From contig CALKOM010000148.1 in NCBI GenBank assembly GCA_938091905.1, positions 1 to 27,256 on the forward strand: a stretch of 27,256 bases of DNA, given 5' to 3'. The notes below the pieces were generated by a model. The model was not told where the DNA came from and searched no databases. It was given only the letters and a program-made list of their open reading frames with translations. The translations under genes were made by a program, and so were the position numbers. Shown here one piece after another: positions 1 through 10,100 of this stretch (position 1 is its first letter; each line of letters begins with the position of its first letter). This DNA is from an uncultured Verrucomicrobiales bacterium (GTDB lineage: Bacteria > Verrucomicrobiota > Verrucomicrobiia > Verrucomicrobiales > DEV007).

Positions 1-75
1 ACTCCAGTGCGCCACTGGTTCGGCCGATGCGCCGACAATTAGGGCTATCGTCACGAGGAAGACGTTTTGTAGCAT
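1..75 (-). CDS. 5' end of a secreted protein, probably LamG/concanavalin-A-like (runs off the window)
   Basis: Manual translation from ATG at 75 gives MLQNVFLVTIALIVGASA-EPVAHWS. This is a signal peptide followed by a 'VAHWS' motif typical of LamG-like domain starts. Not in the ORF track. Confidence 0.6.
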   Translation of the reverse strand, partial: MLQNVFLVTIALIVGASAEPVAHWS

Positions 76-129
76 GGCTTCAAGAGTGGATCAGTTCCAT
101 GCACTGAATGCAAGATCGCTTAAAACGCG

Positions 130-1700
130 TTATTTCGCCTCGCTAGGCTTCGGTCGCTTCGGCTTCTTGGTGAATGGAATCACAGGACGGTTCATGGAGG
201 CTCTAAGCTGGCGGAAGGCGTATGGCTCCCGGAGGGCGCGGACTTTCTGCCATTCCTCAAGCGTTCGTGTCGGATACCAACTGGGGCGCCGTGTTTGATG
301 AAATCGTATTGATTTTTTCGGCGTTCCGTTGCACCCGATCGCCAACCGAGTCGGTGAGACAGATTATAGGATAATGCCCTTTACCGCGAAAGTCTTCAGA
401 CAGACCTTGGTCCTTGATTTCCGGTGTGCGCCAGTTGTTTAGCTCAGCAAGCGGTTTAGCTCGTATTTCCTTGTAGTTCGGATCCTCCGCAACGTTATGC
501 ACTTCGTGAGGGTCTTTACGCAGATCAAAGAGTTCGATTTCAGGCTTGTGAGGTGCCATGAAGGCAGCTTGCTCTGGCGTAAGTTTTCCTTGAAAATGAG
601 AAACACTCAGTTCGGGGAGGGAAGCGTAAGGTAAGCTCCCTCCTTGTAAAAACTGAACTGACAATACGCACGTTCAGGCATGAGATCGAGAATGAGCTTG
701 TGATCCTTGGAACGGATCGACCGCATCGCATCATGGGTGATGTCCATTTTGTCGCGAGCCGCAAAGACGTAACGGCGATCACGAACATCTTGGCTGAAGA
801 GGCTCTTGCCGTGCAACCGAACCGGTGGCTTTACGTCAGTAGCTTCCAACACCGTTGAGCAGATGTCGATTGAGTAGACGAGATTGTCATTGACTTGGCC
901 GGTCTTCACCTTGCCGGGCCAACGCATGATCATGGGAATGCGCGTACCTTCATCGTAGAGGAATTGTTTGCCACGAATGTGGCATCGGCCGTGATCACCA
1001 ATGAAGAAGACGATGGTGTTCTCTGCGAGTCCCTCGTCCTTGAGCCGCTTCAGGAGTGTGCCGACTTCGCGATCAGCGAGCTGCATTTGCTCCAGACCGT
1101 TAGCCCAATCGCGACGCATGAAGGCTGTGTCAGGATAGTAAGGCGTCCTATCGACATCCTTGATATCGATAGGACGCTCGGGGTCACGGTTCCATTTGCG
1201 ATGGGTGCCGCCAAAGGTGATTCGGGCAAAGAAAGGCTAGCCTGGCTTGCGTTCACTCCAGTCCTTCCCTGTGAATAGCTCGTCTCTTTTGTCAGGCAGG
1301 AAGTTGCAATCCGTCTTTCGACTCATGATGCAGGTGAAGTAGCCAGCATCGGCTAAAAGATGGGGGATAGGTCGAATGCCATGTGGTATTAAAGTCATGT
1401 TAGTCTCATGGTGCTGATGCGCACCAATATAGTTTTGATGAAACCCCGTCATCATGGCTGAGCGGGAAGTCGAGCAGACTGGTGAGGTGGTGAACCCTGT
1501 TTCATAACGAATGCCTTCGGAGGCTAACTGATCCACATGTGGAGTGTGGGTGTCTGAACTTACTGCCCTCCCAAGGCATGCACGCCGGTATAGCGATGAT
1601 CATCCGTGTAGATGACCAGCACGTTGGACTCGCCTGGTTCCTGCGCCAGCGAGACGTTGGCGAGCGCCAATGCCAACAGTAAGATCGTTCTCAAGGTCAT
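130..1700 (-). pseudogene. Sulfatase pseudogene
   Basis: ATG at 1700 gives MTLRTILLLALALANVSLAQEPGESNVLVIYTDDH. Lesions: TAA at 1562-1560, frameshift near 1548, in-frame TAG at 1239-1237, frameshifts near 625 and near 280-320. Motifs retained: CSTSRSAMMTG (C-x-P-x-R with P>T), FFIGDHG, RGKQFLYDEG, ELFDLRKDPHE. Confidence 0.85.
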
Positions 1701-1718
1701 GCCGAATGCTCGGTCATC

Positions 1719-2419
1719 TTACTGATCACTCGACCAAATCTTCAGATCATCGATATCGGCTGAACCTGGCACGGAGAAGGCGAGGTTCTGCTTCACGGGA
1801 TGATCTAGACCTTCAGACGTCAAGGAGCCTGCGGCTTCGCCATCAATCAACACCTTCAGCACATCGCCTTTCACCTCGATCGTCAGTTCGTTCCAGGTAT
1901 TCAATGCCACTTTGGCCGTGGAGGTGGCCGACTTGCCTTTCGTGAGCTTGGCGATCTCTTCTTTAGGCGCACCTGCCTTACCCTTCCGCGGATCTTCGTA
2001 TCAAAGATCCCTGTCTTGCCATCCTCGATGATGAGTTTGTCTGGGCGGATTCTCACCTGACTGATATGGCCTGCATGGGAAGAAGTGCACTTGGGGTCGT
2101 TGAAGTTGACACTCATCCCACGTTTGTCATGAAGACGGAAGCGAATGCTCACCTTGCCGTCATCGAAAGGGGCATCGTGTTTCACGACGGCTGCGTGATC
2201 GGCTTCCTTCGCCGTCGTAATCGTCAGCGCATTGTTTTTCAAATCAATCTGCTTGATGCCTTTGGCGCGCCGCTTGCTATTCGTCCACCAACCATCGCCA
2301 ACTTGCTCTTTGGAGTCGTCGGCTTCCTTGCGGTTGAAGTTATCCTCAAAGAGAAGCTCATCGGCGAACGCACTTTAGGTAGTGAGAACGGCGAATGTCA
2401 GGAACATAGGAAACTTCAT
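1719..2419 (-). pseudogene. Disrupted secreted hypothetical protein (DUF1080/concanavalin-A-like beta-sandwich)
   Basis: ATG at 2419 gives MKFPMFLTFAVLTT*SAFADELLFEDNF, with an in-frame TAA at 2377-2375. It continues in frame into ORF 1901..2242, then shifts to ORF 1719..1910 (WNELTIEVKGD...IDG...IDDLKIW). Confidence 0.7.
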
Positions 2420-2506
2420 TTGGAAGAGAGGAAGGCTGATGCGTTTATCCAAGCATGAGCGATACGCTTTGGATCTTCGAGAAGTTTCTGTCTCAGAGAG
2501 ACGAGG

Positions 2507-3958
2507 CTAGGCGATCAAGTTGGGAATCACCTTGGCAGGCTCGACACCGGTTAGTTTGGTGTCCAGGCCCTGGTGTTTCACCACCAAACGCTCATGATCA
2601 AAGCCTAGCAAATGCAAGATCGTCGCGTGAAAGTCTCTGATGTGAAGCGGGTCTTTGACAATGTTGTAGCTAAAGTCATCCGTCTCGCCATAGATCGCCC
2701 CCCCTTTGGCACCACCACCGGCCATCCACATGGTGAAACAGCGAGGATGGTGATCGCGACCATAGTTGGTCGTCGTTAGGCCGCCTTGGCTGTAGATCGT
2801 GCGCCCAAACTCGCCGCCCCAAATGATCAGGGTGTCGTCAAACATACCGCGCTCTTTGAGGTCCGTGATCAGAGCGTGACACGGCTGATCAACGTCTTGG
2901 CATTGATCTGGCATGCGCCCACCGACGTTGCTGTGGTGGTCCCAGTTATTATGATAGACCTGGATGAACCGCACGCCGCGTTCAGCCAGGCGTCGAGCCA
3001 TCAGCGTCGTGTTGGCGAAGGAACCGGGTTTGCGGGCTTCCTCTCCGTACAACTTGAAGATGTGCTCCGGCTCTTCATTGATATCCGTCAGCTCGGGCAC
3101 GCTGGCTTGCATGCGGAATGCCATTTCATACTGCCGAATGCGTGTGAGAGTCTCGGGATCGCCGAGCTCCTCATGCGTAATCGCATTCATCGCGTTGATG
3201 CTATCCAAGGTGCGTTTGCGAATGCTAGATGGCACGCCAGGCGGGTTATTGATGTAAAGGATAGGATCACCCTTGCTACGGAAAGAGACGCCGGCGTGTT
3301 CGCCTGGCAAGAAGCCACTCGACCAGAGACGAGCGGAAATCGCCTGCTCCTGTTCACGATTGCTCGGCGTGGCCACAAGCACAACGAAGGTGGGCAGATT
3401 CTCATTCATCGAACCAAGGCCGTAACTCGCCCACGATCCGAGACAGGGGCGCCCGGTGATCTGATTGCCCGTTTGCATCGCTGTAATGGCAGGCTCGTGA
3501 TTGATCGCCTCCGTGTGAAGACTACGCATCCAGCAGATATCATCAGCGCTCTTGGCGAGATGCGGCAAGAGTTCGTCATTCATCCACATGCCGCAGTTGC
3601 CCTTCTGCGCAAAGTCCCACTTCGAGGGTGCGATAGGAAAGCGCGCCTGACCACTCGTCATCGTCGTCAGTCTCTGACCCTGGCGGATGCTCTCTGGAAG
3701 GTCTTTGTCGTACCACTTTGCCATCTCAGGCTTGTAATCAAAGAGGTCCATTTGTGAGGGCCCTCCGACCATGTGCAAGTAGATAACGCGTTTGGCTTTG
3801 GCGGGGAAATGGGTCTCAATTGAGCCGTTGGCTAAGGCATTCTGTTGGAAGGTCTGTCCTAGCAAGGAAGCCAAGGCGGCCCCTCCGAGAAGATGACTGC
3901 CATTAGCGAGAAAGTGACGGCGCGTCTGCACCGCTTGTAGTTCGGAGAGAAGGTTCAT
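2507..3958 (-). CDS. DUF1501 domain protein, Tat-exported
   Basis: 483 aa. Tat motif TRRHFL. DUF1501-type motifs AKRVIYLHMVGGPSQMDLFDYKP, ARRLAERGVRFIQ, WDHH, WGGEFGRT, GRDHHP. Adjacent to a PSD1 gene, as is usual. Confidence 0.9.
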   Translation of the reverse strand: MNLLSELQAVQTRRHFLANGSHLLGGAALASLLGQTFQQNALANGSIETHFPAKAKRVIYLHMVGGPSQMDLFDYKPEMAKWYDKDLPESIRQGQRLTTMTSGQARFPIAPSKWDFAQKGNCGMWMNDELLPHLAKSADDICWMRSLHTEAINHEPAITAMQTGNQITGRPCLGSWASYGLGSMNENLPTFVVLVATPSNREQEQAISARLWSSGFLPGEHAGVSFRSKGDPILYINNPPGVPSSIRKRTLDSINAMNAITHEELGDPETLTRIRQYEMAFRMQASVPELTDINEEPEHIFKLYGEEARKPGSFANTTLMARRLAERGVRFIQVYHNNWDHHSNVGGRMPDQCQDVDQPCHALITDLKERGMFDDTLIIWGGEFGRTIYSQGGLTTTNYGRDHHPRCFTMWMAGGGAKGGAIYGETDDFSYNIVKDPLHIRDFHATILHLLGFDHERLVVKHQGLDTKLTGVEPAKVIPNLIA

Positions 3959-3964
3959 GGCGTC

Positions 3965-6900
3965 TTACTTGTTGAGAGTTTCGTCTAGGTTGAGGACTTG
4001 GCTAGTGAGCATGGTCCACGCGGCCAAACGGCTAGGAGAAACGGACTCTGAAGTCGGAGCATCACCAACCTCGATCAGGGCCTTCGCGTCGTCAGGCTGG
4101 CTTTCGTAGAAGGCGAGTAAGTCCGTGAGACTGCTCTTGAGAATATCAGATTCTTTGGAGCGCAGCGGTCGGAGCAAGACACGGTTGACCACGTAATCCA
4201 AGGCCTCCTTGTCACTTGTTGTCGTTGTCAGGGCGGTCTCTGCCAGGCGGCGGGCGGCCTCAACGAACTGCGGATCGTTCAAGGTAACCAAGGCCTGCAG
4301 CGGTGTGTTTGTGCGCTCGCGGCGCACGGTGCATACTTCGCGGCTTGGAGCATTGAACGCCTCCAGGTTCGGATGCGGAGCCATGCGTTTCCAGAAGTTG
4401 TAGAGCGTTCGGCGATACAAATTCTCGCCTTTGTCTTGGACGTAGTTCCGGGTGTCTCCGCCTGGCAAACCCACCACATCCCAGACGCCCTCGGGTTGGT
4501 AGGGACGCGTGCTTGGGCCTCCAATCTTAGGTGAAAGAGTACTGCTGGCGGCGAGTGCGTAGTCACGCACCATCTCCGCATCCATGCGGAAGCGGGGACC
4601 ACGACTCAGCAGGCTATTGTGAGGATCTTTCGCGAGTTTCTCGGAAGAGGTGCGAGCGGACTGACGATAGGTCGCACTGCTGACGATCGTCTTGAACAGT
4701 GCTTTCGTATCCCAGCCACTCTCAACAAAGGTGACTGCTAGCCAATCGAGCAGTTCCGGGTGGCTGGGTGGCGCACCCATGATCCCGAAGTCTTCTGCCG
4801 TGACGACGAGGCCTTTCCCAAACAGCTCTTGCCAGAAGCGATTGACGGTGACTCTGGCCGTGAGTGGATTCTTTGGCGACACGAGCCATTGCGCCAAGCC
4901 CAATCGGTTGCGAGGCGCATCTTCAGGCATGGCCATGAGAGCTTCCGGAGTGTTGGCGGTCACCTCATCTCCGACGCTGTCGTACTGACCGCGCATAAGA
5001 ATGTTCCCCATTGCGAGTCCGGCCTTCTCAGTTTGGACATGGGTAATAGGGCTACGGCTTGCGATGGTCTCGCGCTCGGATTGCAATGTTGTTAAGGCCT
5101 TGGAGTGCTCTTGGTACGCACGGTCTGCTGTCTTAAGATAATGTTCGAAAAGCTGTTCCTGCTGTTCTTTGGAGCGATCCTCAGTAGGGATGGCTAACAT
5201 TTTAAAAACAGGTCCAAGATCGGCTAGACTGCCGAGTTCTGCACGTGAAAGAACGCGTGTGTAGAGGCGCAAATCTTGCACTTTTCCTTGAAAAGTCGCT
5301 CCCGTGCTCCGTCTTCCGACGAGAAGCGGTGTCTTCGTGCGGATCGATTGATTAGGCTGGAGAGTCTTGTTGTTGATTCGGAGTTTCTGCTCCTTGCCAT
5401 CCACAATGAGCTTAATACCGTCGACTTTGCTACCGCCATCCCACGTCAGCGTGACATGCTTCCACGTGTTGGCTTCCAAGACCTCATTGCGCGTGGTGAC
5501 TTTGATTACGGCATTGGGCCACTCGTGAATGAGATGGGCGGTGAGACGTTTACCTTGTTGATAAATGTCCCAGCCGCGATGCTTGTCGTTGACATCCATT
5601 CGCGCGAGCACACTCACTTTCTTATTCACGTTTCGTGGATTGATCCAGACACTCGCGGTGAAGGCTTGATCGATCTCGAAATCACCCTCTTTGCCGAGAT
5701 CGATCGTGTTGCCTTCTTTGATCACTGGAGCAGGATCAAGGGGACAGTGAAGCGCCAACCCTTCCTTGGGAAGGTTTTCTTCCAGCATACTGGTCGTCAA
5801 TGTCCCTAACCAATTCGCATAATCCTCTTGAGCATGCTGGCGGCGCTCCTTCAGGAGCTTCTTCGCCTGTGTGATCTCACCCGGCAAGGCATCCCAACGC
5901 GGGGCGTCTTCAGAAGTGGGAACGGTGATGGCTGGGCCGCGCCCATCTTTCACATTGCCGTCAAGTCCGCCTTGGGTTGTGTTTCGGAAAAAGGCGGCCA
6001 TCGCGTAGTAGTCCTTCGCCGTGATGGGATCGAACTTGTGATCATGGCACTGCGCGCAGTTTGTAGTAAGCCCCATGAAGACCCAGCCAACGGTCTGCAC
6101 GCGATCGGCAGCGTAGTTGGCCAGATTCTCCTCGACGATGGTGCCCCCTTCGTTGGTGGTGATGTTGCAGCGTTGGAATCCAGTGGCGATGAGCTGCTCT
6201 CGGGTCGGATTGTCTAGCAGATCGCCTGCCAGCTGTTCGACGGTGAACTCGTCAAACGGCTGATTGCGATTGAAGGCCTCAACGACCCAATCACGATAGG
6301 GCCACATCTCACGGTAGTTGTCGAAGTGCAGTCCGTGGGTGTCTCCATACCGGGCGGCGTCTAACCAATAGCGTGCGCGATGCTCGCCGTAGCTCGTTGA
6401 CTCAAGCATGGTGTCGATCAACGCTTGATAAGCCTCCTCTGTCGGATCACTAACGAAAGCCTCGACGGTATCTGGCGATGGAGGCAATCCGGTGAGATCT
6501 AGCGACAACCGCCTGGCGAGGGTCCTAGCATCGGCCTCTTCCGCAGGCTCAAGGCCTTTTGCTTCCAAGCGAGCCAGGACGAGCTGATCGATGGGTTTGC
6601 GCACCCAATTGGGCCTCTTGACGCTGGGAGCGTTTGGTTTCTCGGGAACATTGAATGACCAATGCGGTTCCCAGTTCGCCCCCTCTTTCACCCATTGCTG
6701 GATCAGAGAGATCTCCTTGGGATCCAGCTGCCGATGATTCTCCGGCGGCGGCATGGCATCATCTTCATCGTCCGTCGTGAGACGATAGAGAATCTCGCTG
6801 GCAGCGAGGTCATTCTTATCAATTGGCGGCGGGTCGCCCTCGAACAACCCCTGCTCGGTATCGAGTCGTAGCCCGGCCTTACGCGATCCCGGGTCCGGGC

Positions 6901-7024
6901 CATGACAATGAAAGCACGCATCCGCCAAGATGGGCTTGATATCTCGATTGAACTGCACTTCAGCCTGTGAGCTGAGCAGTCCTACAAACGTTGTGGCGAT
7001 GATGCGTGAAATGACCTTGTTCAT
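3965..7024 (-). CDS. Planctomycete-type cytochrome c protein (PSCyt1 + PSCyt2/DUF1549 + PSD1/DUF1553) with inserted LamG domain
   Basis: 1019 aa. Signal peptide. FNRDIKPIL..CFHCHG, YGEHRARYWLDAARYGDT, CAQCHDHKFDPI, NPLTARVTVNRFWQ, PSHPELLDWLA, TNTPLQALVTLND. Central LamG-like segment (WKHVTLTWDG...FQGKVQDLRLY). Confidence 0.92.
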   Translation of the reverse strand: MNKVISRIIATTFVGLLSSQAEVQFNRDIKPILADACFHCHGPDPGSRKAGLRLDTEQGLFEGDPPPIDKNDLAASEILYRLTTDDEDDAMPPPENHRQLDPKEISLIQQWVKEGANWEPHWSFNVPEKPNAPSVKRPNWVRKPIDQLVLARLEAKGLEPAEEADARTLARRLSLDLTGLPPSPDTVEAFVSDPTEEAYQALIDTMLESTSYGEHRARYWLDAARYGDTHGLHFDNYREMWPYRDWVVEAFNRNQPFDEFTVEQLAGDLLDNPTREQLIATGFQRCNITTNEGGTIVEENLANYAADRVQTVGWVFMGLTTNCAQCHDHKFDPITAKDYYAMAAFFRNTTQGGLDGNVKDGRGPAITVPTSEDAPRWDALPGEITQAKKLLKERRQHAQEDYANWLGTLTTSMLEENLPKEGLALHCPLDPAPVIKEGNTIDLGKEGDFEIDQAFTASVWINPRNVNKKVSVLARMDVNDKHRGWDIYQQGKRLTAHLIHEWPNAVIKVTTRNEVLEANTWKHVTLTWDGGSKVDGIKLIVDGKEQKLRINNKTLQPNQSIRTKTPLLVGRRSTGATFQGKVQDLRLYTRVLSRAELGSLADLGPVFKMLAIPTEDRSKEQQEQLFEHYLKTADRAYQEHSKALTTLQSERETIASRSPITHVQTEKAGLAMGNILMRGQYDSVGDEVTANTPEALMAMPEDAPRNRLGLAQWLVSPKNPLTARVTVNRFWQELFGKGLVVTAEDFGIMGAPPSHPELLDWLAVTFVESGWDTKALFKTIVSSATYRQSARTSSEKLAKDPHNSLLSRGPRFRMDAEMVRDYALAASSTLSPKIGGPSTRPYQPEGVWDVVGLPGGDTRNYVQDKGENLYRRTLYNFWKRMAPHPNLEAFNAPSREVCTVRRERTNTPLQALVTLNDPQFVEAARRLAETALTTTTSDKEALDYVVNRVLLRPLRSKESDILKSSLTDLLAFYESQPDDAKALIEVGDAPTSESVSPSRLAAWTMLTSQVLNLDETLNK

Positions 7025-7091
7025 GAGTGTCGTGTTCGACGTTATACACTAAGAACATTAGAAACACTACAATCCCCGGCAAGGTTTCGGG

Positions 7092-7111
7092 TGTCCCCTC
7101 ATCAGAGGACA
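7092..7111. promoter_or_regulatory. Putative regulator-binding palindrome, copy 1 (TGTC-N12-GACA)
   Basis: TGTCCCCTCATCAGAGGACA, about 70 bp upstream of the PSD1 start. Similar to 12385-12404 and 14898-14917. Confidence 0.55.
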
Positions 7112-7114
7112 AGC

Positions 7115-7149
7115 GCATCTGGGATGGCCACGCAGACCATCCCAGATGC
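7115..7149 (-). terminator. 13-bp perfect stem-loop downstream of the giant LamG gene (terminator or mRNA-stabilising hairpin)
   Basis: GCATCTGGGATGG-9 nt-CCATCCCAGATGC, 15 nt after the stop at 7165. No clear U-tract. Confidence 0.55.
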
Positions 7150-7164
7150 CTACCTATAAGGCGC

Positions 7165-10100
7165 CTAATTCACCGTCACGCGGTAGTAGCCGACGCTGGC
7201 TGCTAGTCGTCCCGCATCGGTGTCGGTGAAGCTCGTTTCAGCACCGGCACTTGCTTGTGTCCCGACATTGATCCAGTCGCCATTCATGGTGGTGCTGAAT
7301 TCAATGGTGTACGTCTTATCCGCCACGCTCTGCCACGTGACGACAAAGCCGTCGGCCGCATTGCTCACGGTGGCGACTCGAAAGACCGAAGTTGGGTCGT
7401 TAGGATCAGTTCCAGCAATGACCTCGTGGGCATCAAGCACGCCGTCACCGTCACTATCGCTGTCACCACCAGGGCCACCTTCAATGATTGGCTCCGCAAG
7501 GGCGACGCCAGGGTTCTCGAATAGCGTGGTGATATTCGCTGCACTCAAGGCTGTGCTGTAGAGTTGCACATCGTCAATCAGCCCTTTGAAGCCAAAGGCA
7601 TCACTTTGAGCGCCGACTTGGAAGACGCTTGGATCCGTATCGCTGAAGTTGCCATCGTCCTCAAGTCTTCCTGCTTCCACGCCGTCGACATAGATCACGG
7701 TCAGGTTAGGAACACTGACATTGTCAACAGAGAGCGCGATGTGTTGGGTCGTCCCAGGAGTCATCACGCCAGACATGGTCACGAGTTGAGTTCCCCCTGC
7801 AAACCAGAAGAGGTCTCCTCCCGCGCCCGCGAGGGCAAAGGGATCACCGGCTTCGCCTTTCGACGCAAGCGTAGACACGCCTGCGTCATCGGCAGCCTGA
7901 TTCACCCACATCGAGAGTGTGAATTGATTCAGCTCCGGCAGCGTTTCCGTTTCTCCTGATAAGAAAGCGAAACCAGATCCTGAGCCACCAGCATCGTCGA
8001 CGCTGATCCCATTCCCAGAAGCGATTCCAGTCTCAGCAACCGTCACGGCGCCGCCGTCAGCGCTACCTAGACCGCCATGCGTGCCATTTCCAGAAGCATC
8101 AGAAACGGAAGCGCCTCCAGCTTCATCGAGTTTCCAATGGAAGAGCACATCGGCTGCGGGTGTCACATTGGTTAGACTCACGGTCGCCACGTTGCTTGTG
8201 AACTCACTGACGCGATTGGACACATGCAAGGTGTATTGGCCGATGTCCTTTGGACGGGCTCCCGCAATGGTCAAATTAGTCGTATTTGCTCCGCTAACAA
8301 CGTCATCATCAGCTAGCGCTTGGCCGTTCTTCAGCCACTGAATGGTCAGTGGCTCAGAGCCTGTCGCCTCTGCGCTCAGTTGAACGGTTTCACCCGCATT
8401 TGCAGAAACCGATTGGGGCTGAGCGACGACGAACGCCGCAGCTTGGAGCGTGATGTTAAGATCATTGATCGCACCGCTGACATTGACGGGGTTGCTTTCG
8501 TAGAGACCCACGGGTTCTTCGGGATCCCGTTGCCCGTTGCCATTGTTATCGAGGTAGGCGGTGAAGACATAGTCTGTTCCTTGGGGCACATTGTCTAATT
8601 GATAGGCTCCAGGGCCTCCTGCAACCGCTGTGCTGAAGGTGCGACCACCAAGTCCTGGGATGTCCTCACTTTCGAACGTGGCTCCGCCCGCGGCTTCACC
8701 GTTGTTTCCGCCTGGAGAAAGATCAGTCACGGTACCGTCGTCGAAATTCCAGTGGCCGGTCAAGCCTGGCTCAGCACCACTGAGAACTTTGTTCCAATTA
8801 GCTTGGATCTCAGGCTGCGAAAGAGCTCGGTTCCAGATCGCGACTTCATCAATACAACCGGTGGAAAACTCGCCAACTCCGTTGAACGCCCCGAAATACA
8901 GCGCAGCGTTGTGTGCCGGTATGGGAGCGCTACTACTGTCCCTCGCGGCAACCAATTGACCATCCAGATAACTAGCAAAGCCATTGGCAGCATCCTGTTT
9001 CCAGGTCATGACGAGATGATGCCATTGCCCATCGTTGTAGCCATCTCCTAGAGGGATACCTGACGTGCCGCCATCATTGGAAAGGATATGCTGCCCATTC
9101 CAACCGGCCACAATCCAACCGGCCCCCTGTTGGCGCACGGCACTTTGATTCGACGATCCTTTGAACCAATATTGGACGGTGAGTTCAGAGCCGGACAGAT
9201 CCGTAATCTCTTCGACGACCGCATGCCCATCGACTCCATCCACACAAAGCGTCTGGTTGTTGAGCTTGGTTCTGGCCGTCTGCACGTAAACAGTGCCTGC
9301 GCCGTTGCGGAAGGGGGAATCGACAATCGCGGCATCGCCGTTGAGCGTGCCGTCATTGTTGTTAGGTGATAGGTCGGTCGCCGTCCCATCATTGAAGTTC
9401 CAATACCCGACCAATCCTTGTTCTTCTCCGGTCAGGCTGTTCTGATAGCCACTAGCAATTTCTGAAGCGGATAGCGCACGGCTCCACACGGACACTTCAT
9501 CCAACATGCCATTGGAGAATTCGCCTGCGCCTTGGAAAGCTCCAAAGTAAAGTGCTGCATTGTGCGCAGGGATGGGCTCATTGATGCTATCGCGAGCATC
9601 AATGAGCACGCCATCGACATAGCTGGCGAAACCATCGGTGGAGCCCTGTTTCCATGTCAGGGCGATATGATGCCAGTCGCCATCGACCGCACCCTCGCCA
9701 ATAGCGACGCCGTCCGTGACACCGTCATGGGAAAGGATGTGGGTGTTGTTCCAGCCCGCAACCACCCAGCCCCCACTCTGCTGGCGCACCGCTGATTGGA
9801 GGGAGCTTCCCTTGAACCAGTATTGGATGGTGAGTTCAGGGCCAGACAGATCAGTAATCGGGGTTTCCACAAAGTCGCCATCGCCATCGAGCACGAGCGC
9901 TTTGTCGTCGGCGCGCCCGATGGGGCCATCAAAGGTCACGGTTCCCGCGATAGGGAATCCGGAGACTTGCTCCGAAAGCAGGGCTCCGGCCACCACGCTG
10001 CCCAAGGCATTGCTTACCTCAACGGTGTAGACGCCGAAGTTGTCGGCAGTCACGTCGGATAACGTCAGTGTCGCACTGTTGGCCCCACTGATAGAGCCAC

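Noticed and set aside
2786..3757. Long antisense and alternative-frame ORFs (e.g. 2786..3757, 5276..5809, 15871..16557, 17389..17910)
   Set aside because: They lie within well-supported genes and show no recognisable motifs, as expected for shadow ORFs in GC-rich coding DNA.
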